A DNA stretch of 64,000 nt, taken from a virus (taxonomy: Duplodnaviria; Caudoviricetes). Positions 30,090 through 39,431 of this stretch are shown here, in pieces. The first letter of the stretch is position 1; each line of letters opens with the position of its first letter. The notes under the pieces were generated by a model. It ran no database searches, was not told the DNA's origin, and saw only the letters and a program-made list of their open reading frames with translations. Location: the IMG/VR virus record IMGVR_UViG_3300033463_000032, positions 64,411 through 128,410 of that record; one strand, 5' to 3'. The position numbers and the translations under genes are program-made.

Positions 30090-31089
30090 TAACTTGATCA
30101 AAGAGTGTACTTTTACAGGCGTAATACTTGAAGAACCGGATCTGCTTAAGTGCTATGATGATGACGGTAACATAAAGTTGCTGCCTATGGGTAAGGAAGC
30201 TATAGAGTTTCTATATGATCTTATGGGTGTTCCTTTCAGTATGTGTAAGAAATTACATGAAAATTCTCCTGAGTTGTGGGATAAGTTAAGACAACAAGTT
30301 CTTTATGAAAACCATAATGTTAAAGGATTATCCAAATATCGTTACTGTGTAGTTGCAGATGAAGTGGTATTTGCTATTTTTGATGGTTCTACAGAAGATA
30401 TTTCAGTAAATTATGATGTGTTTGATAACACTTTTAGTGCTGCTACTGTTAATGTTAATAAAGCCGGTGTTATTCAGGTTATTAATGAAAAGATATCAGA
30501 TACCGGGTGTGTATCACTAGTACTGGTTGATATTGATCCTATTAAGGGTAGATATGTGGCCTATGAAGGTATCAAAACAGATGATGATTGTTATGTTACG
30601 TTCAGTATGCCTATTATTGAATCCAAGAGTTTCTATGAGTTTATGACTACATTTGATCCGGTTGTAGAGGTATCTATGGCTGAGAAGTATTATTCCAGAA
30701 CTCTTGCTACTTTTACAGATGATTCATTAGTGGATAAGGAATTGTCTGTTAGAGAAGTTCTTGAAATCATTAAGAAGTCTAAGGTTAATGTGGTTCTTAC
30801 ATCTGATAAGAGAATTGCTTCCTTGGATCTGGCAGATAGTCAGGAACTGGTAGACTTTCTTAATTCCTTTGGAATGGAGTATAAATCTCTTAAAAAGTTG
30901 GAAAAGCTTAAAAAGGCTCTTACTTATAACAAGTTTTCTACGTTGCAGTTGTTGAAGATTTTATCCAAAAATTATAAACTGGGAACAAATCTGATTGATT
31001 CAACAATGATAGCAACATTCTTGAAACCATATTTTGATCAGAGATCTGATAGGAACATCTTTGAAGAGTGTGTTAATGAAGAAAAATAA
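30076..31089 (+). CDS. Hypothetical protein
   Basis: 337-aa ORF with GGAGG RBS. Confidence 0.75.
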   Translation: MLMLNNLIKECTFTGVILEEPDLLKCYDDDGNIKLLPMGKEAIEFLYDLMGVPFSMCKKLHENSPELWDKLRQQVLYENHNVKGLSKYRYCVVADEVVFAIFDGSTEDISVNYDVFDNTFSAATVNVNKAGVIQVINEKISDTGCVSLVLVDIDPIKGRYVAYEGIKTDDDCYVTFSMPIIESKSFYEFMTTFDPVVEVSMAEKYYSRTLATFTDDSLVDKELSVREVLEIIKKSKVNVVLTSDKRIASLDLADSQELVDFLNSFGMEYKSLKKLEKLKKALTYNKFSTLQLLKILSKNYKLGTNLIDSTMIATFLKPYFDQRSDRNIFEECVNEEK

Positions 31090-31102
31090 GTGAGGACCTG
31101 GT

Positions 31103-31618
31103 ATGGAAACTTTTACTCCTAAAGAAGAATACTGGATAAACAAAATGCTTAAGAGTGAGGATTTTCTTACTGATGATATATCTAAAGCAGATTATAAGTT
31201 TTATGATGGTTATCTGAATTACATTGATCTTCTTATTAAATACGGAAATCTTAGAATCCCGGAAGAAGAATATGTACCATCTAAGAAAGTCATTAAAGTA
31301 AACAGACTTATAAAGAAAGAAATCCTAGATGCCGGTAATTATGTTTATTCGATCTTTGGTGGAGTATATATAGTTCAACAGGTAGTATTTGTTAAAGCAG
31401 AACATTGTGAAGCATTACTCAATAAAAAAGTTAATGACAATCCTAATCTTAGTGAAGAAACCCTTTTGTTATCTTCTTTTAAGACTATGAGCTATGAGGA
31501 TGGGTCCAAATGGTGTGTCTTTTTGGTTAAGTCTAATTTTACTAAGCAATGGATTGGTTATAGTTCAAAATTGTGGTCATATGCATATATTTATGATGAT
31601 GAATGTGAAATAGATTGA
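31103..31618 (+). CDS. Hypothetical protein
   Basis: ORF with GAGG RBS. Confidence 0.7.
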   Translation: METFTPKEEYWINKMLKSEDFLTDDISKADYKFYDGYLNYIDLLIKYGNLRIPEEEYVPSKKVIKVNRLIKKEILDAGNYVYSIFGGVYIVQQVVFVKAEHCEALLNKKVNDNPNLSEETLLLSSFKTMSYEDGSKWCVFLVKSNFTKQWIGYSSKLWSYAYIYDDECEID

Positions 31619-31650
31619 TGTTCATCTATATAATTAAATAAACATCATAA

Positions 31651-31682
31651 ATCTGATTTTTTGTATTTGTGTTTTATATGTT
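31651..31682 (+). promoter_or_regulatory. Class II promoter (degenerate)
   Basis: ATCTGAT-N10-TGTGTT-TTA-TATGTT. Confidence 0.45.
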
Positions 31683-31806
31683 AGAGGTTATTTGTGTTAG
31701 GTAAGACGTTATTAACATTATTTGGAATTTTGGGGTTTATAGTGATAGTGTTTATTCCCTGGATTATAGGGTTAGGAGATCTTATAGATATGATGAAGAA
31801 AAGGAA

Positions 31807-32299
31807 TTGGAGATTATGAGTAATCCTAATGGTAGGCCTAAAAATCCGGAAGTACAGTTAAGAAATGCATTATCTACTGTAAAGAGTTATTGTAGAACAC
31901 ATAAACAGAATGAATGTATTACTTGTGTTTTTAAAGGAAGATGTATGTATAATCTTGAAGATACTATGTATGATTTTACAAACAACCTTTTGAAGGTAAT
32001 GAAGAAATAGAAAGGAATTAGTGATGGGTAAGAGTAAGAATTATGTGTCTGCTAATAAAGTAAAGATACTAGATCCTAATATTAAAGGAGATACTATGGA
32101 TCTGATTGAATCCAGAGATGAACTTGTTAGGCTGATGCATTATTATGAAGATCTGGTTAAATCTTCTGAGGATAGATCAGACAAATACAAATTCAGTTAT
32201 ACGGCAATTGCTCTTAAAGAGGCTGCCAATTTGATAACTAAGTTTTTAAAAGCACCTCTTATGATACTTGGTGAAGAAGAAGAGGATGAAGAAGAATGA
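31807..32299 (+). CDS. Two small hypothetical ORFs (31807-32010 Cys-rich; 32021-32299)
   Basis: ORFs with RBS. Confidence 0.6.
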
Positions 32300-32778
32300 T
32301 AGTTTTAAATATCTTTGGTGTACCCGGAAGCAAGAAAGACAAATATCTTTCTTTGTTTTATTCTCAACTGGTACAGAATGATATTAAGGTTCAGATAATA
32401 GGAAGTTTTAATATAGATGTATCAAAAAATCCTCTTAAGATCTTAGGTGATGTTGTTGATAAACTCGATTCAGCTAAACAGGAAGATGTAATTCTTTCTA
32501 TATCACCATTACTGTTACAATCGGTTTATTATAGGCAAAGTGAAGAACCAGAACCGGATATGTTTGAGATCTTATCTTATAAGAAGTATCAATGCTATCA
32601 GAACATAAATATTCTTATTGATGATCCTAAAGATTCTTATTTGTTTAAAGATGTGAAATCCTTACTTGACAGATATGATATTCCATATGATCTGGTAAGA
32701 AGTCCGGAAGATATTGTATGCACTCAAATAGTATCTAACATAGTTCATAGGATTAAGGGAACATATTATGAACCATAG
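32296..32778 (+). CDS. Degenerate P-loop nucleotide kinase-like protein
   Basis: IVLNIFGVPGSKKD (Walker A lacks GKS/T); D..LS.SPLLL..VY. Confidence 0.5.
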   Translation: MIVLNIFGVPGSKKDKYLSLFYSQLVQNDIKVQIIGSFNIDVSKNPLKILGDVVDKLDSAKQEDVILSISPLLLQSVYYRQSEEPEPDMFEILSYKKYQCYQNINILIDDPKDSYLFKDVKSLLDRYDIPYDLVRSPEDIVCTQIVSNIVHRIKGTYYEP

Positions 32779-32964
32779 TGAATGTTATAAAGAACTGGAT
32801 GATGCTTTAAGAACTTTAAAAGAATCAAGAAAGAGTGTGGAAACATTATCCAGTATTTCCGGTAAGATACTTGATTGTTGGAGTAAGGAAAAAATAACAG
32901 AAGAAGAATTTAATGATCTTAGTGATAGATTGTTAGATATGATTTAGAAAGGAATGGTAAGAAT

Positions 32965-33189
32965 ATGCCTATAGCATTAAGTAGAAAGTCTGCTAAGTTG
33001 CTTAATGATGTTAAAGATATTGTCATTGCTGCTACTGAAACAGGTTATGTATTATCTGATGAAGAAAAGGATGCTTTTTCTAATTTTAAACAATGGTTAA
33101 AAGAAATGGAGGAATATTCAGAAGCTAATAGAAAAAGGGAACTTGAAAGATTGCTTAGAAAAGAAGAAGCTAAAAGGAATAATGAGTAG
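32965..33189 (+). CDS. Hypothetical protein
   Basis: GAAAGGA RBS. Confidence 0.6.
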   Translation: MPIALSRKSAKLLNDVKDIVIAATETGYVLSDEEKDAFSNFKQWLKEMEEYSEANRKRELERLLRKEEAKRNNE

Positions 33190-33281
33190 GTAAGCAGAAA
33201 AGTTCTAAGGGTTTTATCTGGGAATATGCTAAAACAGATAATTAATATTTTATATTTATTTAAAGGAGGTGATGATAGCAG

Positions 33282-33368
33282 GTGATTAACTTTGGTGATA
33301 TTACAAAAATCAATGGAATGGAAGTTCCAATGGTAGATATTGTTACTGGTGGAAGTCCCTGCCAATAG
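33282..33368 (+). CDS. N-terminal segment of C5 DNA methyltransferase (motifs III-IV including catalytic PCQ), ends at TAG
   Basis: AAAGGAGGTG RBS; translates (M)INFGDITKINGMEVPMVDIVTGGSPCQ*. Confidence 0.85.
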   Translation: MINFGDITKINGMEVPMVDIVTGGSPCQ

Positions 33369-33373
33369 CGCAT

Positions 33374-35467
33374 GATCTTAGTGTTGCTGGAAAAAGAAAA
33401 GGATTAGATGGTGAAAGATCAGGTTTGTTTCTTGAACAAATAAGAGTTATTAAGGAGATGCGTGATTATGACAAAAGAGTTAATGGGAGAACAGGTGAGT
33501 TTATTCGACCAAGATATATGGTGTGGGAGAACGTCATTGGATGTTTCAGTTCCAATAACGGAGAAGATTTCAGGTGTGTCTTGCAAGAAACAATCAACAT
33601 CATTGACTCAACCACCAATGTTCCTGGATTGCCGAAAGGAGCGCAATGGTCTAAATCTGGGGTTGTTCTGGGAGATGGATGGTCTATCGCTTGGAGAGTA
33701 CATGACGCACAGTTTTGGGGAGTCCCCCAAAGACGTAAAAGAATCTCGCTTATCGCAGATTTTGGAGGACAATCCGCACCTGAAATACTCTTTGAGCGCA
33801 AAAGCGAGTATAGGGATCTTGAACAGAGCCAAGAAAAGGGGCAAGACACTTCCACCACAATTGGAGATAGCATTGCAGAAACAAGCGAATCTGATGTAAA
33901 GTCTTATGGTTGTGATTTAAAATCTGGTAGAATTTCCGGTAATATTTCACCTACATTAACAACCAGATCAGGAAATTCTGCTACTACTGGTGGTCAAGTA
34001 TTAACTGTTAAAGAAGGTTGTCTTAATTCTTGGGAAGTACAAAGTAAACATATACAACCTTCCAATGGTATTGCTGAAAGTTTGTATTCTGGTGAAACTA
34101 GATATGGTGGTGGAGAATCATATGTTTTAGATGATACTAAAGTTTATGGTATATCTGCTTATGATAGTAATGCTATGAAATCAGATAATCCTAATAGTGG
34201 AATTTATGAAGCTGATACTGCAAGAACTTTAGATTTAAATGGTGGTAATCCGGCATGTAATCAAGGTGGTATGGCAGTAGTGTATACAAACTATAAGGCT
34301 GATGGAGCTACTGGAAATGATATTGCTTTTGCTACTGTAGGAGATCATGAGAACAGACCTACTGATATGACGAACTTAGTTGTAAAACAATGTTCTAAAG
34401 ATGCTGATAGTAAACTCACATTTAGAAAGACAGGACACCCTCAAAATTCAGAAGAAGGGCAAGGTTGGGAAGAATGTAATATTAATGATACATTGAATGT
34501 TACTGATAATTCAGAAACTAGAACACCTACATTAGTTGTAGATCAAGGTGCTGGAAAGTCACAATGTAATGTATCAGAAGAAGTAACACCTACTCTTACT
34601 ACTACTCACGGTGGTGAACCTGTTATATCTTGTGAAGTTTTTCATTGTAGTACAGAAGAAGAAGTAGCAGCACCATTAAAGGCCAGAGATTTTAAAGATC
34701 CTCAAATTGTTAAAACACAAGATGTTTATGGAATAGATCAACAAGGCGGTAAAGGTCAAGGAAACTATACCATTAATGTAGCACCTACAATGGCATCTGA
34801 AAGTCATGGAACACCTCATGCAGTATGCTATGATAAAGAACAACAGAAAGAACATATTTATAGCTTAGAAGGTAATGGATCAAGAGATAGTCATAAAGGT
34901 GATGGATATTCTGAATCTGAGGTTATGTATACTTTAAATACAGTAGAACAACATGCGGTATGTTGTTCTGGTTCAGAAACATATCAAAAAACTTCTGGGT
35001 GTCTTAATGCTAGTGGTTATGATAAGTTAGGTACTCAAGAAGCTACTAATGATATGTATGTTGCTAATTCTTCTATTGTTCGTAGACTTACACCATTGGA
35101 ATGTACTAGACTTCAAGGATTCTATGATCATTGGTGTGATATTGGAGATTGGTATGATACTAAAGGAAAACTTCATAAGGATTCAGATTCAGTAAAGTAT
35201 AAAGCATTAGGTAATTCCATTGCTTTGCCTTTCTGGAAATGGATGGCTAAGAGAATGGTTAGTCAATATCCTAGTGATTATAAACCTACTATGGCTAGTC
35301 TGTTTGATGGTATTGGTGGCTTTCCTTTGTCTTATTATGAAGCTGGTTGTAAACCTGTTTGGAATAGTGAAATTGAAGAATTTCCTATGGCAGTAACAAG
35401 AAAACATTTTGGTGATGAAACTACCGGAGAAGTAGGAGATCTGGAAAAGTTTTATGAAAACAAATAA
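33374..35467 (+). CDS. Main body of a circularly permuted, multi-TRD C5 cytosine DNA methyltransferase
   Basis: Frame resumes DLSVAGKRKGLDGERSGLF; WENV (VI), PQRRKR (VIII), about 10 target-recognition (TRD)-like repeats, RRLTPLECTRLQGF (IX), YKALGNS (X), then SLFDGIGG (I) and SEIE (II) at the C-terminus. Confidence 0.9.
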   Translation, partial: DLSVAGKRKGLDGERSGLFLEQIRVIKEMRDYDKRVNGRTGEFIRPRYMVWENVIGCFSSNNGEDFRCVLQETINIIDSTTNVPGLPKGAQWSKSGVVLGDGWSIAWRVHDAQFWGVPQRRKRISLIADFGGQSAPEILFERKSEYRDLEQSQEKGQDTSTTIGDSIAETSESDVKSYGCDLKSGRISGNISPTLTTRSGNSATTGGQVLTVKEGCLNSWEVQSKHIQPSNGIAESLYSGETRYGGGESYVLDDTKVYGISAYDSNAMKSDNPNSGIYEADTARTLDLNGGNPACNQGGMAVVYTNYKADGATGNDIAFATVGDHENRPTDMTNLVVKQCSKDADSKLTFRKTGHPQNSEEGQGWEECNINDTLNVTDNSETRTPTLVVDQGAGKSQCNVSEEVTPTLTTTHGGEPVISCEVFHCSTEEEVAAPLKARDFKDPQIVKTQDVYGIDQQGGKGQGNYTINVAPTMASESHGTPHAVCYDKEQQKEHIYSLEGNGSRDSHKGDGYSESEVMYTLNTVEQHAVCCSGSETYQKTSGCLNASGYDKLGTQEATNDMYVANSSIVRRLTPLECTRLQGFYDHWCDIGDWYDTKGKLHKDSDSVKYKALGNSIALPFWKWMAKRMVSQYPSDYKPTMASLFDGIGGFPLSYYEAGCKPVWNSEIEEFPMAVTRKHFGDETTGEVGDLEKFYENK
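33468..33899 (+). CDS. Alternative-frame MTase beta-like subunit nested in the MTase gene
   Basis: AAGGAG RBS at 33452-33457; SRLSQILE..PHLKYSLSAKA..GILNRAKKRGK.LP..L..AL resembles the M.EcoHK31I beta polypeptide. Confidence 0.75.
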   Translation: MTKELMGEQVSLFDQDIWCGRTSLDVSVPITEKISGVSCKKQSTSLTQPPMFLDCRKERNGLNLGLFWEMDGLSLGEYMTHSFGESPKDVKESRLSQILEDNPHLKYSLSAKASIGILNRAKKRGKTLPPQLEIALQKQANLM

Positions 35468-35633
35468 ATACGAAGATGTTTCTTTTGATGTTTATGGTAT
35501 AGATGCCAAGGGTTGTGGGGAATGTAGATTATCTTATGAAGTTCATCCTACACTAACTATTGGTGGTGGGATGCCAGGTCAAGGATATCCATGTATTTTA
35601 ATTGTTAGTAGGAAAGAAGAAGAACATGAGTAA
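35454..35633 (+). CDS. 59-aa free-standing TRD-like peptide, not in ORF track
   Basis: MKTNKYEDVSFDVYGIDAKGCGECRLSYEVHPTLTIGGGMPGQGYPCILIVSRKEEEHE; matches the repeats inside the MTase. Confidence 0.7.
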   Translation: MKTNKYEDVSFDVYGIDAKGCGECRLSYEVHPTLTIGGGMPGQGYPCILIVSRKEEEHE

Positions 35634-36642
35634 GTTTTTGAAGAATATTTTTATAATAGATGGTTCTTTTATGTTACATAGAGCATTACATCTTTCTGAT
35701 GTATTTGCTCTTACTAACTCTAAAGGTGAACATACTGGTGGTATTTTTCAATTTCTTAGAATGTTAAATAGTGAAGTAAGAAAATGTGGTGAGTATTTTC
35801 CTATAGTTGTTTTTGACCAGGGATTAAACCAAAGAAGAGTTAATTTAGATCCTGATTATAAAAAAGCAACTGAAAGAGTACAACAAGAACAGATGGTTCT
35901 TACACCAGATGAAGTAGAAAATGATTATGTAACACAATATAGAAAACAAAGAGACAGACTTTCTGTTATTCTTCCATTCTTTGGTATTCCGGTTATCAAG
36001 ATGGCAGGTTGGGAAGGTGATGATCTTATGTATGTTTTATCAAAGATATCAGAAAGATCTGTAGTATTAACTGATGATAGGGATATGTTGCAATTACTTT
36101 CTGCTACTTGTGATGTAAAAAGACCAAAAGCAAGTGAGTATGTTACTTTAGAATCATTCTTAAAAACAGAGGGTTATCAAAATACGCACGATTTTGTGTC
36201 TTGTAAGGCTTTGCTAGGTGATAGTAGTGATAACATTCCCGGATGTTGTGTAGGCGTAGGAGAGGGCAATATAAAGGGATTATGGCGTTTGTATAAGTTT
36301 TGTAAGGAAAATGGTGTTGTATATCCTAAAACTGAAAAGGAACTTAGAAGTCTTTGTAAAGGAATAGGTGTATCTTACAGAAAAGCCTATTTAAATTTAG
36401 ATTTAGCCAGATATAATATAAATCTACAGTTGATGGATCTGGATTTGGTTAAGATTAAACCAAGTGAACTGGATTCTATTATTGCTACAATAAATAACAG
36501 TACCAGTGCTATTAGTTATTTTAATGCAATAAAACAACTTTCAGAACTAGAAATATCAGATTTTGCAATAGATGAATTAATGAGAACTGTTAAGTTAAAA
36601 GAACAGTATAAGAAAGTAGAACCGTCTGAGTATGAATATTAA
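35626..36642 (+). CDS. 5'-3' exonuclease / flap endonuclease (T4 RNase H / T5 D15-like)
   Basis: IIDGS..LHRA, VFD, YK, EGDD, TDDRD.LQL, LLGDSSDNIPG..GVG. Confidence 0.93.
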   Translation: MSKFLKNIFIIDGSFMLHRALHLSDVFALTNSKGEHTGGIFQFLRMLNSEVRKCGEYFPIVVFDQGLNQRRVNLDPDYKKATERVQQEQMVLTPDEVENDYVTQYRKQRDRLSVILPFFGIPVIKMAGWEGDDLMYVLSKISERSVVLTDDRDMLQLLSATCDVKRPKASEYVTLESFLKTEGYQNTHDFVSCKALLGDSSDNIPGCCVGVGEGNIKGLWRLYKFCKENGVVYPKTEKELRSLCKGIGVSYRKAYLNLDLARYNINLQLMDLDLVKIKPSELDSIIATINNSTSAISYFNAIKQLSELEISDFAIDELMRTVKLKEQYKKVEPSEYEY

Positions 36643-37078
36643 TTTAAAACCCTTATATGAATTCTTAAAAGAGAATGAACTGTTATCAGATACAGAACTG
36701 GATATGATACAGTATTGTCTTAATGATATTACGGAAACGTCACCTAATGATAAGCCTGGTGTTTTTCGTAAGAGTGAAAAAATAATACAAGATAGCCAGA
36801 ATCTTTCTTGGTGTATTTATTCTTTAAGACTTCAATATGATCATTTGAATAAAGCATATAGGAAGATAAAAGATCCGGAATATACTCTATTGGTTAGGCA
36901 GCAAAGACCATCTAGTGAAGCTATTAATTCAGAGTTAAGAACAAAGTTTGAAGAACTTTATGATCTGGAAGAAAAATTGTCTACTATTAATAACATCATA
37001 GAGTACTTAACTCATATTCAAACTTCTATGGAACGTTATCTGTATCTGCTTAAAGATAGACTGAAACATTCTGATTAA
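36632..37078 (+). CDS. Helical protein, possibly UvsY-like recombination mediator
   Basis: Coiled-coil; size and position in the replication cluster. Confidence 0.35.
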   Translation: MNINLKPLYEFLKENELLSDTELDMIQYCLNDITETSPNDKPGVFRKSEKIIQDSQNLSWCIYSLRLQYDHLNKAYRKIKDPEYTLLVRQQRPSSEAINSELRTKFEELYDLEEKLSTINNIIEYLTHIQTSMERYLYLLKDRLKHSD

Positions 37079-37110
37079 ATCTAAATATCCCGGATTGTGT
37101 TTTATAATAT
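37079..37110 (+). promoter_or_regulatory. Class II promoter
   Basis: ATCTAAA-N10-TGTGTT-TTA-TAATAT. Confidence 0.75.
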
Positions 37111-37134
37111 GCAATTAGTTAGTTGGAGGTTGAC

Positions 37135-38487
37135 ATGAAAGGTTCAAGTAGTGAATTACAAGATGTATGTATGTCTGCCTTAGAAAAATATCCAAGTGTT
37201 TTAGCAAAATGTTCTACAGAGATTAAGGAAGATTTTTTCGATAATGATCATTATAAATTAATATATAAATGCTTAAGAGAACATTATGAAAAGTACTTGG
37301 CCATACCTTCTTTTAGAGAACTGGCATTATTACTTAGAGAAAGATATTCAGTAGAGTACGGCAAGTTTGATGAAATTCTGGAAACCTTAGACAAAGTACA
37401 TAATATGACTTTAACATCAGAAGAATTTGCTATCAATAAATCTGCTGAGTTTATAAGGAGATGTAAGTCAGAAAAAGCCTTAAATGTTATTGTTAAAAAT
37501 GTTAATAGTAATGGTGAGATAAATCTTGATAATATGGTTGATTCTCTTAATGATGCTTTATCATTTAATTTCACTTTATCAGAACCTTTTAATCTTGCTG
37601 ATGTGAATACTATTAAGAAGATAAAGCAAGAAGAATTAGGACCGGAAGATTCACCTAGAATAATCAAACTGTTTATTAATGATCTTAATTATATCTTTGC
37701 TTACAAAGGCTTAACTCCCGGAACTCTAAATTGTGTTGCTGCTTGCCCAGGATGTGGTAAGAGTATGTTCCTTGTTAATCAAGGATTAGCTTCGATACAA
37801 CAAGGATATAAAGTATTACATGTGGTATTAGGAGATCTTTCTAAGTTAGATATTATATGCAGATACTTAGCTTGTTTGACCGGAGTTAAATTTGAACTTC
37901 TGGTAGGTTTATCTGCTGAGGATCTTGCTACATTTATTAAAAAACATAATATGAGTGGTTTCTTATCTAATCTTGATGTTGTAGTACATGCTGAAAAGGA
38001 AATGTCTACTAATCAGGTGATAGATGAAGTAAGGACTATACAAAGAGCAAATAATCTTCACTATGATGAGATTATCATAGATTATGATGAAAACTTATCT
38101 GATAACAATCTTGATGATATGTATAAGTCTGGTGGAGATATTTATAATAAGTTGGCAGGATTTGCCAAGAATAACAGATCAGTAGTGTGGATAGCTTCAC
38201 AGATTTCCAGAGAGTTCTGGAAGTATGAGATACCACCACTTGAATCCTTGGCTCAATCTTCTAATAAACAGAAGGTACTTGATCTGATGCTTACTATCGG
38301 TAAACCATCTAAATCAAGTTCTGTACTTACTTTGTATGTAGCTAAAAACAGAAGGGGTGAAGAATGTAAGATTTATAGATTAAAGTTTGAAGGTCAATGT
38401 TGTAGGTTATCTCACATATCAGAAGAAGAGTATGAAACAACTAAGAAGTTAGATAAGATGAATGGTGGTGTAGCTCCGGTTGAATAA
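37135..38487 (+). CDS. DnaB-like replicative helicase
   Basis: Walker A ACPGCGKS, IIIDY, WIASQ, AKNRRG; GGAGG RBS. Confidence 0.9.
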   Translation: MKGSSSELQDVCMSALEKYPSVLAKCSTEIKEDFFDNDHYKLIYKCLREHYEKYLAIPSFRELALLLRERYSVEYGKFDEILETLDKVHNMTLTSEEFAINKSAEFIRRCKSEKALNVIVKNVNSNGEINLDNMVDSLNDALSFNFTLSEPFNLADVNTIKKIKQEELGPEDSPRIIKLFINDLNYIFAYKGLTPGTLNCVAACPGCGKSMFLVNQGLASIQQGYKVLHVVLGDLSKLDIICRYLACLTGVKFELLVGLSAEDLATFIKKHNMSGFLSNLDVVVHAEKEMSTNQVIDEVRTIQRANNLHYDEIIIDYDENLSDNNLDDMYKSGGDIYNKLAGFAKNNRSVVWIASQISREFWKYEIPPLESLAQSSNKQKVLDLMLTIGKPSKSSSVLTLYVAKNRRGEECKIYRLKFEGQCCRLSHISEEEYETTKKLDKMNGGVAPVE

Positions 38488-39415
38488 CTTAGATCTTATA
38501 GAAGAAAGATTTGGAACGGATCATATAAGAGAAACTTCACATAATGAATTAAGATTTAATTGCCCATTCTGTATAAGAAAAAGGGGTAAGGCTGATGATG
38601 ATCATAAATTGTATGTGAATGAAGAAAGTTTAAAATTTTATTGTTTCAAATGTGGATCTAAGGGAAGATTAAGAACCGTATCAAATGGAGAAGAAACACC
38701 TTCCAGTATATACAAAGATTTATTGAAGATGTTTGATAATTCTGATTGTGATGAAGAACTCGGTGATGATGAAGATAATATGTTTTATATTCCAGTTACT
38801 AGAATTGAAAAAGGAACTGTAGCTTATGATTATTGTATTAAAAGAGGTATAACGGAAGAACTGATAGATTTTTATGACATAAGGTTAGGCATACAAGATT
38901 TAGCAGGTAGGATAGTGATCCCTAATAATGTTTTTGGAAGATGCTGGACTGATATGTATAGTGCAAGATCAGTTATAAATCAAATACCTAAATATAAGAA
39001 TCCTAATGGTGCTAATAAGAAAAACATTGTATTTAATTTGAAGAACCAGAAAGAAAATCAAGAAAGAATAATAATAGTTGAAGGTGTAATAACGGCAATA
39101 TGTGGTGGTAAAGATTGTGTAGCAGTTTATGGTTGTCATCCTAGTGATGAACAACTTAGACAGATAATAGAGAAAAATCCAAAATCTTTATATTGTGTTT
39201 TAGATAATGATGAGGCTGGGAATTTCGGAACTATTCAGTTATTAAGATGGTTAGAACATTCTGGATATGAAGGTAAGATCTATAGAGTGAAAATGCCTAA
39301 AGATGTTGATGCATGTGATATGGGTTATAAGAAGTTTAGAACTTATATTGAAGATCACAAAAAGGAATATGTTGGTGAAGTTTACTCTAAGTTATTTGAT
39401 TTTATAGATGATTAA
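38480..39415 (+). CDS. DNA primase (Zn finger + TOPRIM)
   Basis: CPFC...H..CFKC; KYKNP; IVEG; LDND.AG; D..D. Confidence 0.92.
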   Translation: MNNLDLIEERFGTDHIRETSHNELRFNCPFCIRKRGKADDDHKLYVNEESLKFYCFKCGSKGRLRTVSNGEETPSSIYKDLLKMFDNSDCDEELGDDEDNMFYIPVTRIEKGTVAYDYCIKRGITEELIDFYDIRLGIQDLAGRIVIPNNVFGRCWTDMYSARSVINQIPKYKNPNGANKKNIVFNLKNQKENQERIIIVEGVITAICGGKDCVAVYGCHPSDEQLRQIIEKNPKSLYCVLDNDEAGNFGTIQLLRWLEHSGYEGKIYRVKMPKDVDACDMGYKKFRTYIEDHKKEYVGEVYSKLFDFIDD

Positions 39416-39431
39416 GAAAAGATTTGAGGTA

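Noticed and set aside
33366-33368. Genome-wide TAG reassignment
   Set aside because: Read-through would not restore the MTase frame; other genes end normally at TAG (32010, 61208, 62160); long ORFs are intact in code 11
33366-33373. Group I/II intron in the MTase
   Set aside because: Only 8 nt, with no room for a ribozyme core; a remnant of a lost element cannot be excluded
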